From assembly GCA_050084515.1 (NCBI GenBank), contig CM114271.1, positions 6,448,001-6,512,000 on the forward strand: DNA of 64,000 nt, given 5' to 3'. The notes under the pieces were generated by a model that saw only the letters and a list, made by a program, of their open reading frames with translations, had not been told where the DNA came from and did not search any database. The translations under genes were made by a program, and so were the position numbers. This document shows, piece by piece, positions 38,620 to 50,388 of the stretch; positions within the stretch are counted from its first letter, which is position 1; each line of letters begins with the position of its first letter. This stretch comes from Blasia pusilla (taxonomy: Eukaryota).

Positions 38620-40759
38620 ATGGCGATGGTGATGTCCTCGAGCGCGTGCGGAGCGATGGTCGGAGTGCTGTCTTCTTCCTCGCCATCGAAATTTTCTGCC
38701 CGTTCCTCTGTCAGCGTTTGTCCTGCCCTTCCCTCGTCCAGCTACCAGGTGTGCTCCTCCTCAAGGAAATTCTGCGCTTTGTGAATTTCAGCCTGCTTAT
38801 TCTACTTCTCGGAGAATGGCGGTATCTAGGAGTATCGGATAGAGAGGTAGAATTGAAGTGACTTCGAACCTTGAAATTTTGCTGTAGAGGAATTGTGTGA
38901 ATAAGGTGAAGGAGGCCTGTGAAACGAGTTGAAACGTAGGATCTCTAAGTGAATGTGGTGCGAAAGTGGTAAGCGCTTGGGCAGATGCAAATCCCGAGCT
39001 GAGTTCATGATTTTGTTGATGTGGTTGTACAGCTTATTTCAGCTCTTTCATACCGGAGCTTACGGTGTGCTCGTGTTGGAGGAGAGGTTTGTTTCCATTG
39101 GAATCACCCGTTCGATGTGGAATTGTAGGAAGCTCAGCTCTTGTGACGGAACTTTTGGTAAAGAAGAGATCAATGCAGGATCGATTGGCCACCCGGTAAG
39201 AGGATGAAACGTGAATCCCTGAGACAAAAAATTAATCCGTTCAGATCTGGAATTCAGTTCTTGCTTCCTTTTTACATATATTATTGGTCGTAAAGATGAG
39301 GTACTCGCTAATGTCCTACACACTTTCACATGATTTATTTTGATGGTCACGTGGCATTTCCTGCTGATATTATACTTCAAACATATTTCTTCCTTTCCCC
39401 TGTAAGACACAGCTCACTCTTCTAGTGCTGTGTCTTTATACAAAAGTGGAGGATAAGAGGTTCTATTCTCTTGAAGAAACCTAGTCCGAACCGTACATTC
39501 CCGATAATGGTTGTCGTCAATAGGTCCTTGTCGGAGACCTAAAGAGTCGGAAGAGCTGAGTACATAAGTATGCCTTCCTGACCACCTAGTTGAGCTATGA
39601 AATTGGGATTTTGATGGGGGCTCAGGTGCTGGTTAATGATGCTAGAAATACAGTTGTGGGTAGTTCAGCTGCTTCTCGTTTGTCTCGCATTATTTCTGAG
39701 GCTGTGGGAAGTCTGGTGTCTGCAATTTTTCCTCACATCATTTTTGAGGCTCGGGGTTCTCCATCTGATAAGAGTGTTCTCCTACTTCATTCCCGGTTAG
39801 TGTCAATGCTCACTTCTTCAGTCTCCTTACTGCTCTCTTGACGTGCTGTCTTTCCTAAAACTTTTCAAGTATGAACAAAGAAGAAAAACTCTGGTGAAAA
39901 ACGGAACAACACTGGAGATGGGCATTCTTATCCGGCCTTGTTTCTTGCAGCTTACGCATCCAAATAAAAGCTTGTTAGTTTGCGTCTGTACTCAAGACCC
40001 AGGATAAACAGTCTTGCCGGAAGAAAACCCGAAACGATTGTTAGTGTGCAATCGTTCTTCCTTTCATGGAAAATTAATGTGGAACCCGTCACTCGGAGCG
40101 ACAATATGCATCTCAAAGTTAGTAGCGTACTAGTGAGAATACCCGTGTCACAACTGAACAATAAAAATGAACGGAATTCTTAGAATTTCTTCGTATCATA
40201 CGGTAAGAGAAGTCGTTGCCTCTGCCTGGTCGAAATCATGATGGTTCGATCTCATCGAACTATGCTGGTAAGCTAAGATGGAAGCTAAGAAGAGTAGGTT
40301 TCCAGACGAAAGGATGATCCGGTGGCAAAATAAGTGTACACGGACTCAATGGAACGGTGGGCTGTAGAGGCATAAGCCATTGTTTCTTAGATCAGGAGAG
40401 TGTAGTTTTAAATCTGTTGGAAGCAATTTTGTTACCATTTTGGAAGCTCTGATTTGGCTGGCGGTGCTCTGTGGCAGGTTGTTGCAAGAGGTGGTCGCTC
40501 ACTATTGTACGAGGAAACGGAGACTTACGTACTTATGGAGCCTGGACGGGAGGAGGAGTTCGTCTCTCTAGAAGAGCTGGAGACGAGATTGAAGGCATGG
40601 CTCGTGAAGTGGCCAACCAACGAGCTGCCTGAAGACCTGGCCAGGTTCGGTAGTCTAGACGAGGTTGTCACGCACCTTGTTTCTTCAACTTGTGAACTTG
40701 ATCTTGGGGGAGGCTTGGGATCCCTACAATGGTATGAGGTCAGGATGAATTTGCCATGA
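38620..40759 (+). CDS. CRR7: Chlororespiratory reduction 7 (plastid NDH complex assembly factor); exons 38620-38748 and 40478-40759, possible internal exon(s)
   Basis: Ser-rich transit-peptide exon (MAMVMSSSACG...SSYQ|GT). The last exon encodes ETYVLMEPGREEEFVSLEELETRLKAWL...LPEDLARF...CELDLGGGLGSLQWYEVR, characteristic of CRR7. Both junctions are phase 0. Confidence 0.85.
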
Positions 40760-41629
40760 GACACAATTTGGCAAGCAGGCCTCCAACGAACGCCACAGAG
40801 AAGCAACTGATGAAGTGGACTTGACCAGAGCAAATCTGGCGTGAGGCAACATAGCACTGCATTAGTGATCTGGTGGAAAGGAATTGCATAAAGGAATTGG
40901 TGGTATCTAAAGGAAATTTACCACCTTCATTACTTCTCGAAGTTGTAGAATTGGATATTAAGGAAGGCAGAACAACTTTTATGCACATCGGTTTGAATTT
41001 CCTGGATGATAAAGAATGGACTGCAAAGATTCTGGCGAGAAATCATGAATCCTGGCCTCAAAAAAGAAAATACAAAATGTCTCTCGACATTAAACTGGAC
41101 AAAAAATTTAGCTACACAACTTTTTGGACGATTTTGACGACAGGTGAGCGAGCACGTGACATTCCATGCAGGATTCTTCTTCTTACGAACGCTCAATGTA
41201 ATCGAGTTCTGTTAAACATGTGTGAATGAGTGTCCTTCTGCTTTCAGCTTGGAGTAGGCATACCGTATTCATGCTTATGTCGTGGTGACGTCTGACTCCC
41301 CATGAGTTGCTCTTGGTCAGGAGTCACGAAAAGAAGAGAGTTGTCGCCATGGCCTGTCTACCAGATTAAACATTTCTCATTACCAAATTACCATTGGAAA
41401 TAACGGCCTCGTGTGAAATCTTGATCGGATTAAACCGGACGGCTCAAAAGCCTGAAACTGACACATCTGAAGTACGCGCTCTACTTTATGATTATTTCTT
41501 GTCGCCAGAATTTTTGCAGTGCGAATTTGCTGACATTTTCAGGATTGTCGTGAATACACCGTTTGAAGAGAACCGGTGCGAACACTGTGGATGAGTATCG
41601 AAATATCGGTAAAGAACACTCCTTTTGTC

Positions 41630-41860
41630 GTGGCCACATGATCTATGTCGTAATCGCATCACTTCCCTTCACGATTAATCATCTATGTAATCTCTTTTTG
41701 AATCGACTATGTAATCTCTTTCATCATGGCCACAGAATCCATGTCGTAACCACATCACTCAATTTATTCAACTATGTAGTCGGTTTCATTCATCCTGGCC
41801 ACAGAATCTATGTCAGTCTCATCATTCGCGTGTATCAACTGTTTTATCTGCGGTGGCCAC
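41630..41860. repeat. Degenerate minisatellite
   Basis: Three to four copies of ggccaca(t)gaatc(t/c)atgtc...ctatgta. Confidence 0.55.
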
Positions 41861-42739
41861 GATCCTGTCATGAATCCGACTTAGCAAGTTTTCGAGCCCA
41901 GATTATGAACCACAAGCTTTTACTTCCAATCAATAGCATGGCGCCGTTGTCCCACAAAGAGACAGTATATCTGGATGGGATGTGTAGGATGCACTACAGC
42001 CCAATCCATGTACTGGAAAAATTTTGAAGGCTGGAGATCAGTTCGCACTATACGACTGGGTTTTCGCATTTATAAACGTGGGATTTTCCAGACATCTCCA
42101 TACGTCCTAGATCCTCCCTTCCACAATTGCATCAGAGCTTCATTGGGGAGGAGTCTGCCGTAGGTGGGAACTCTACTGCTTGATGATGCGAGTTCCAAGT
42201 TCAGGTACTGCTCGGTAAATGGTACTCGGATGAGATAGTGAATTCTGGAGTCCTTGGCTGACTCTCATCAAGGGTTCAGCTTTACAAAGTACTCACTCGA
42301 ATCTTCACATACTGCTTTTGCGGCATGACTACCTGAATCTTCAATTGTGAAGCATCCGTGTCCCTAGAGCATTGTGCTCCCTTCATTTAACTCAACTGTC
42401 GAAATTGAACACTCAGTCCGGAGCTTAGCGGTTGTTCCAAATATTATCAGACTCCAGTGGCAAGCGTACTTGCTCGTACTCCCAACTTGAAACAAGATCT
42501 CAATTATCATTCCAAAAAGCCAATATCAATAGACTTTGGCTCCCGTGCACCATGGAGCTCTTCTCATACAAATGTGGAATGGAGAGTTCCGCTAATTGTG
42601 AAATTCACGGCTTGAATGAAAAAATTACAGAATATCCATCATGCTGCCAGATAGTTCCATGTGAGATCCAATATCGATCCCGGTGAACTCCTAATTACTT
42701 AAACTATTGCAGGACTATAAAATTCTATGCTATTGTGAA

Positions 42740-44989
42740 TTACTTTCCTGGAGCCTTCTTCTTCCCTGCAACAGTCACCTTCTTGCCTCTCCTGGTACGG
42801 GCATTACATTTTGTATGCTGTCCTCTGCAGGGAAGACCCATGATGTGCCTCTTTCCTCTGTAGCATTGGATATCTTTCAACCTCTTGATGGCAAGTTGGT
42901 TAAACCGCCGCTGCAATAGGGAGGAGGAAATTATCAACTGTAGCCATCCAAATTACAACTGCGGAGTGCATTTTATCCACTTCCTAACATGGAAACACTT
43001 GATGAACACATCCATCTTTGGAACTCCTGACAGAAAGCAAATTGTCGTGAATGATTTGTAATTTCTTTCAAGGCAGTAAGAAGCTCCAACAACGTGAAAA
43101 GGAAACCCTACAATCATGGGAATTCTTATGTAAAAAACAAAGGCCCTAAGGCAATTGGAGACTGCACTCATTAAGTAGTGTCTGGAATAGCCTTACGAGA
43201 CCATACACCCTAACCCCATGGACTGCGCAGAGAATGGCAGAAGTGAAGAAAGTAACGTATGAGAGGAGGGACTCGTACAGAGTGAACACTTACCATAGAG
43301 AGTGCTTCTAGGTATCAGCCGAGAAACTCTCTACAACATTATCTAACTTACATAATTGGGATCACATCGAGACTTTTGCTTACAGTGCAGCAGCTTTGGG
43401 CAGTGAATCTAGTCTACAGGACGTGTTGAACAGTTTTGGTGTTACCACCTTAGCAACATCAGCATAGGCCGTCGCTCTTTGTGTTGTGCATTTTGCACAG
43501 GTGACTGGAGGTTTCATCCCCATTATGAACAAAAGTGTAAGACTTTAGTTGTGTTCCTGCCCTACTTTATTTATGGTTCAGGGGGACTGCCCGGTCTGGA
43601 GCTTGAATTTCAGTCGGGTTTCCACAGAGAATAAATGAATTGATTTATTGTCCTCGAAGATCCAAAGAGGATCATGGGACTACGTTCATTAAGTAGAGCT
43701 TGTTATAGACTTGTGACCATAGACCCCATCCCCTAGATGACGATGAGAGAGATGACGTGCGCTGATCAAAAAACGAAGTGAGGGCCTTTGGACTTAAACT
43801 ATCTATGAGTTCACTGAATGAACTTTCCCAGGGACACACACCACAGACCAATCGAAATCCTTAGCCATTCGGTGAAGGAAATTCACCTGATGGATCATTG
43901 TAAACAGGGACGTTTGCTGGCCCAACTTTAAAAGCTGCGTAATCCATAGAGAATTGAGAGACGCAAATGCTATCCGCCCAGGGACAAAATCTTATCTCCT
44001 TTCGAATGGATGATAGTGAGAGGGGAGGAGTGAGAAGAGAGGAGAAACGAAAGGGGGACGGAGTCGATTACAATAGACTGATTAGAAACCAGAGGAGAGG
44101 CTGTGGATGTGAGTTAAATGTGCGAGTTCGGGTTGTGCGTACCAAGTCTCCTTCAATCATGTACTTCGTCACCTCGTCACGAAGCTTGGTGAGCTCCTCT
44201 TCAGTCAGTTCCCGAGTGTGCTTGTTCTCCAGCTCTACGTCAAGAAGAATCTGGCGAGCAGTTGTTTTACCAATACCGTGGATGTACTGCAGGGAAACTT
44301 CTATTCTCTTGGCGTTGGGCACTTCCACACCTCCAACACGAGCACATCGGATTTGCAAGTACCCGGGACTCGGAATCCTCTGCCATCCAAATCACATAAA
44401 CATCAGCAAGCAGGTCCTGTTTCCATATTTTCTCGCACAACTCGCGAATACAGACACATCTTAGCGGATTTCCAGCCCCAAGCTGATAATTGAGGGGCAC
44501 TTCATCGTCTTTTTGCAGCAACCCCAACGAACACCACAACTACAGAAAGTTCTGGTTCGCCATCGCATAGTGCGACACACGAACATTGATCTCCTCCAAA
44601 TCTTTCAGTTCAGAGACAACAAAGCCCTATTCCTCATACCCAAGTAAGTACAATCTTCAAAACGGCGGAATGCTCTGGTTCGCTACTACATTGGAACTGA
44701 ATTCTTAAAAGCCTCAGAAACTCATTCCATACCCCCATAGAGTGGACGACTAATCCTCCACGAGGAACGAAACGCAGGGACCCAGTAGCTAAACCCCCCT
44801 AGGGCTTTATGGCATCCATAACCTTGGAAGCTTCTGGTTCACTATTCCATGGGAACCGAAGCTGCTTCTAATTCCGAAGTGGTCAAAGAATCATCCAGAG
44901 ACAAAGAAGACGAAGAAGTGATTTCTAGTCCACGGGAAGTCGACTTGGCTTATGGAACCCCTTCCACATATGTGACCTTGACATCGCAC

Positions 44990-45036
<47 letters not shown>

Positions 45037-45207
45037 TCACTGCTTCACCTGTGCGGCATGGAAGCCATGGCTTACCTTGCAGCTGGAGGAAGGGACGGCG
45101 AGAGACACGTTGGGCGAGGAGCTCCCTCGTAATCCTGAGGAAGAAGGAGCTCCAAGCGTTACGTTGCTCATTGCCGAAGCCAAGCTCGTCGCCATAGCCG
45201 CTGCCAT
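42740..45207 (-). CDS. RPS13: Nuclear-encoded plastid 30S ribosomal protein S13; exons 45207-45076, 44379-44143, 42910-42740 (179 aa)
   Basis: Transit peptide [13 protein letters not shown]..., then [25 protein letters not shown]...[45 protein letters not shown]. Phase-0 GT-AG introns. Confidence 0.95.
44992..45034. repeat. (GA)n microsatellite in RPS13 intron 1
   Basis: About 21 GA units. Confidence 0.95.
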
Positions 45208-46232
45208 CGCTCTCTGTTTCAGTCGCTCGCGCCCACAGAGCTTCAGGTAATTTAGCAATCCTGAGTATTGTGCTTTGCGTTCTGCGCTCCGAAGAGGAAG
45301 TTGCCAAGCTCACCCAACTCAACCCAACCCGGTCCCGGTGAATATTTTCAAGATATTAGAGAATTATGCATAAATTGTGATATGAGAAATTGTTTTTATA
45401 TTCCGAGTTTCTTGACCGTGCATCCAGCGTATCCGATCTGACGGTGTAAGACCCACGGACGTGGATAAGGTGGCGTCGATAGTATCCCCGAGAACGGGAT
45501 CCCATATTTCATTCATTTCCACGCTCTTTCCAACCATCCAAAAAGGCTCGCAAACAGTGTGCACCAGAGGAGGTCGAACCGGGTCTGCCGAGCGGCAACA
45601 GCCAAACCTTTATGCTAAACGACCGATGCCAAATGTATTACATCACACTTCTTATTATTATTATTTGCAAGTGTTGCTTTAGGGTAATGGTTCACAGGTT
45701 ATGGGTACCCAAGAAAAAATAATTTGTATATAACATCATTATTTTTTTCATTATTTCTTTAAAGGACATTAGTAAAAGTTCCTATAAGCATTTCATTTCC
45801 CGTTTATGGTGTAAACATTTTAGTAGTATAATTCAAAAAGGACGAGGTTTGAGAAACCCTCTTCTAGCATGGACAAGTGTACTTTCCATTCTCCCCGAGT
45901 AAGAGGTTGGAGAAACCTCCCTTGTTAGTATTTAACATATTTTGACGTCCTTCTTTTATTATAATTCCCCAGTAGGGGCATTGTGCCAGTCTCATATGAG
46001 AGAACCTTAAAATCACGTCTTACAAGAATAGGACATCTGTAATTAAAAGAGGACTAGGATTGAGGAAACCCTCACCTGGTATGAAGTGTATTTTGGCTCT
46101 CTCCGGTACTAACCCATGTAATATTTATCAAAGGAGTTACATTTTAACACACAATTTAATTTAACAAGTAATTTAAGTGATATCTTTTCTCCTGTGATTT
46201 TCACATATCCATAATACGGGACATTATACTAA

Positions 46233-46337
46233 TCTATACTATTAAAAGAGTGATGGGTTTAACAATTAAAAACTAAGAATTAAATTAAAAGGGACGACGA
46301 GACCGGTTTTCACCAAAATCGGCGGGGCGCAGGATAG
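46233..46337 (+). mobile_element. Possible mini-Helitron
   Basis: A|TCTATACTATTAAAAGAG ... stem CCGGTTTT-CACC-AAAATCGG ... GATAG|T; the 3' end deviates from CTRR. Confidence 0.4.
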
Positions 46338-47277
46338 TTTTTATACTTGTCTGGGACACTTTTGAAAGTTACTTTCTCCTCACCCCTCCCAAAGTGGCGC
46401 ACATACGTTCATACATCTACATTCCATGCTCAAACCAAGACGTACCTCCGAGACTCTACGGACATGGCAAGCACGTTGGACTCGATCTCGACACCACGAC
46501 CGCCGGGTCGGAGGTCGACGGATGGATGGGGCTGTCCTGTGGAAAAAATCGTGTAGAGTTGATTCGAGATCTTAAGGTGGACCAGAATGACACTTCTGAC
46601 GGAGGCTGGTTCCGGCCTCTTGAGGCCTTTTTTTTTTTCTCTCCATGACCCCTCTTTTGTATCGTGATGGGTTTCCCATCCTTTTTTCTACAATAATTTT
46701 TTTTTTCCTGACGGAGGGTTTCCAGATGCTTACACTGAGACCGCTTCAGGGGCTCAGAGATGTGCTTGCTTGGAACGGAACTTCCACAAGGTACGATTCC
46801 TAAAGGTACGAACATGCTTGGAGTAAAGCTGCAAGCCTATCACTACATTCCAGTGTGAACATTTGAGAGGAGTAAACAGACGTACATTTATTGCTTGTCG
46901 CAGCTTGGCCACATGATACCGTAAAACACAAGGTTCATAGTATAAACACGATAGATTCCGTTGCACATAGATTCCTAGCCCATCCACACTTCAGCATCCA
47001 GGCCCGTGTTGTAATTTCTCGCTAATCCTGTACAAGTTGTCACGTACGGTTGGTTTCCAGAAGATGGGTCTCAATTACTTCTGCGCGTGGAACTATTCCC
47101 TACGGGGGTATGGTGTATACTTCAGGATACAAGATTGAAGGTGTAGACGCACGCTCCACTGTGTTGCGTTCAAGTTTGTGCAGTCAGAGGTCTCCTTTCG
47201 GCATTATAAGGTGAAAGGAAGGATGCGAGAGAAGGGCGATTGAGAGCGACTCAAGTTGAATCACTTGTACGGTGGAT

Positions 47278-47886
47278 TTACAACTCTGAATGCTTAGGCT
47301 CCGGTTTGCCGTCATTGAGAACAAATTTTACACCGTACTCCATACCCAAAGTGAGAATTCTTTGCATGTCAGCTGGGGTCAGTGTAGGAGGAGGACCAGG
47401 AGCAGAAGGGTCGGCTACAGGAATTCCTACATCCAAGAAAAACTTCTCGAACCCACTGGGAGCATAGGTGAGAACCATGGTAGCCATCTTACCAGACTTG
47501 TTCATGAATTGATGAGGAACTAATCTAGGTAGGTGCACAAAGGAGCCCTTCGTGGCATGGAACTTTTGATCTCCGACGATCCACTCGAGCTCTCCATCGA
47601 GCATGTACCACGTTTCTTCTTCCAAGGAATGGATGTGAGCTGGAACAGTCGTCCCTGGGGGTACACGATCTTCCCAGCAGGAGTAAGTTCCTCCCGTTTC
47701 GTTTCCCAAGACTTTGATGGTGACCAAAATCCCCACCACCCAAACACTCACTCCTTCGCCTGCAAGGTTTAAAGGATACTTGTCCACATTAGCACGGATA
47801 GGAGGGCAAGAATATCTGCAGTGCAACATGAAACAGACAGCCCTTTCCATACCAGTTCGTTCTAGAGCCGACTTCTCTGCAATCAA
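47278..47886 (-). CDS. Monocupin, quercetin 2,3-dioxygenase (QueD/YxaG)-like; 5' end uncertain (likely splice acceptor at ~47816)
   Basis: Cupin metal site PAHIHSLEEETWYMLDGEL (HxHx4E) and GSFVHLPRLVPHQF; flanking TGGTYS and PSGFEKFF motifs. Uninterrupted ORF. Confidence 0.8.
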   Translation of the reverse strand: MIAEKSALERTGMERAVCFMLHCRYSCPPIRANVDKYPLNLAGEGVSVWVVGILVTIKVLGNETGGTYSCWEDRVPPGTTVPAHIHSLEEETWYMLDGELEWIVGDQKFHATKGSFVHLPRLVPHQFMNKSGKMATMVLTYAPSGFEKFFLDVGIPVADPSAPGPPPTLTPADMQRILTLGMEYGVKFVLNDGKPEPKHSEL

Positions 47887-50388
47887 GACTCACAAATTTC
47901 GTACGCCTATTGTCTGCGACGTCGTCTCAAGCATTAGAGAGACGAAGAGTAATCACAATCACCTGGACCCATCATCCGCAAGTGCGGTGAAGCCACAGAG
48001 GCGAAATCAGAACCGCTGAAAGATACTTGATCCATAGATCCACCTGAGCTTAATACCACACAAGCGCCACATGAGTATCCTCCTTTCAACTTTAAAGTCG
48101 ACACGCTCCACTAGCCTATCATAACCGGACAGCGCGTGGGTCTAAACATTAGCGAATCATATAGAACTCATTCTTCGGAGCCACTTTTACAAAGCCAAAA
48201 GGGCTACAGGACTTCACAATCGCACAGCAGCCACGTTCCACTGAAAGAAAACTGTGGTCAATATTCACAACGACCACCACGACTCGTACTGAAAGATCCC
48301 TCGAGTTCTTCCCATATAAAAAACAAAAAACAAAACACGCATCGACCACGGGCAGATTCTTCAAAACAGGATGACCTCGCGTGACTGTCCCGCTGATTCG
48401 CCGAAGAAGGCAGGAGTCCTGAGCCTCCCAGAATAAAATACTGTGGTGACGACGTTCGTAGTCCAGCCAATCGAGTCCACACGCTTGTCACCCTCCGCCT
48501 GCAACGCAACGCAACGGCAGCCGAAGTGCACTCACATCAGCCCTGTGAGTGCACTTCGGCTCCCCACTCCAGCGCAAGACTGTCACGCCCGAGACGGAAG
48601 GGACCCTAATTCCTTGGGAAGTCACTGAGCAACGGAGTGATCAACTCACTGCGACACTCGTACAGACAGGATCTCCAGGAAAAAGAAGATGAACCTCAAT
48701 AAATGTGCATGATAACCCATCCGAAAAACAAAAAAGGGCCCGAGAGAGTCAAGTATCCAAAGGCCACAACCGGCCCTGAAAAGGAAGAAGGGGGCATTCC
48801 CCTATCAAGGAAGTATCGGCTCCACTGCGCTGACATCAACCGACGCATCATCATGAGAGCAAGGATGAAGGGAAATTTAACTCAAACTTCATCGCAGGAA
48901 CCCCAGAATCCACGCTAGAGCCAAGGACCGCGCGACAACTAAACAGAACGAATACAACCGTCTGAATTATGATCACAGTAACTTATTTTATCCAGGACAT
49001 CCCCGAACTTACGCAGCTCCACCTCATTCCTCGAGGTGACGAGCGCGTCCCTCAGACAGCAAGAGTGTCCTAGGACTCCGTTGTCCTCGTTACTCCACCC
49101 GGGCTTTCAGGAGGAGGTCGGATCGAATGGCACCCCGCGATGCGAGCTACATCTCCGCCCCTGCGAAGCTCGCGAAACACACTCTCTAAAAGAAGAAATT
49201 AAAATCCGAGAGGTCCCTAAATTCTGGAAGAAGGACGTTCACACCCTGTTTGTTCCTCGTACCTGCTTCCTCCCGTGTATCTCCGGAACCGGCAAATCGC
49301 TCCACCGTGAAGCAATCGGCAGGCCGCTGTTTCTCTCGTGATTCAACAGATAACTGCTCGTCGAGTGGGGCTTTTAAAGGAGGGATTTGGGGGATGGGGG
49401 GTCACCACGAAGCATCCATACATATGTAAAGTTGTTAACCATTTTCACAAAACGACGAGTCCAACGCAGGGACCGGGTAGTTTTTTCGTGAGAACCTGTA
49501 TAAAAATTAAAAAATAATTTAAATTTTTCTTAAGAAATCTTATATGTATTTTGTGCGTTTCTGGGCCCTAATTGAAAATCTGAATAGATAATTTTAAAAT
49601 TTTCCACCCTAGTTCAGCACGTAGCCCGAGTTCTCCTCATACATTATTCCAAAGTGCACTCTTCCAGAATTTGCCCGCACATTCTAACTAGTGGGGCTTT
49701 TTTTTCCGGCTAGTAGTCCCGTTAAAATTACCTCTCATAATTAATTTTCAAATGTCATTTTAAATTAATTTTGAATCATCTTAGTAATTTAGAAGTCACC
49801 TATCTCATTTGCTAAAAGTGTCCAAGAAGAGAGGAGATTACAAAATGAAGGGGCAATCTCCAATAATAATAATAATATAGATATAGATTACAATCAAAGG
49901 TGAATCCCACACTCCCTACCTTTGAAACATTGAGATTTCTTTCAATGTGTAGATTGGTCCATTTAGGCATCGTTATACAACCTTTATTTTTTCAATCACC
50001 AATTTTCAAATTATGGATTTTTTTTTTAATAAATTGTGTGGGATTTGACTTTAAGGGGGTTCCAAGAAGAGATGGTTCTTTTCATTGTACAACAAGAGAG
50101 GAGATACCATTAATAGATCCGAATAGTACAAATTTTAGTGGGGGTTTATTGGTAAGTAATTCACCATTTTTAGAAGCAAGTAATGCATCAATCATGGACC
50201 ATAGAGTAATTTCATCATTTGGAGGTAAAATTGTTGTCATATGGTGTTAATTTTCTGAAACACTTTATAGGGAGTCAAATCTGACCACATTTCCTCACTT
50301 GAATGAGATGGAGACCACGTTGGACGAAGATATAAGTGATATGAGATCACAAATTGAGATTGGGTAGAGGGAGCAACAAAATAAATGG

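Noticed and set aside
41563-42027. 154-aa ORF between CRR7 and RPS13
   Set aside because: It arises from a degenerate minisatellite and has no protein motif.
38620-45207. CRR7 and RPS13 as a plastid-function cluster or organellar insertion
   Set aside because: Both are ordinary intron-containing nuclear genes with transit peptides; their convergent adjacency is plausibly chance.
43967-45322. Longer overlapping ORFs in the track (165, 133 and 143 aa)
   Set aside because: Antisense or alternative-frame shadows of RPS13 exons and the GA microsatellite.
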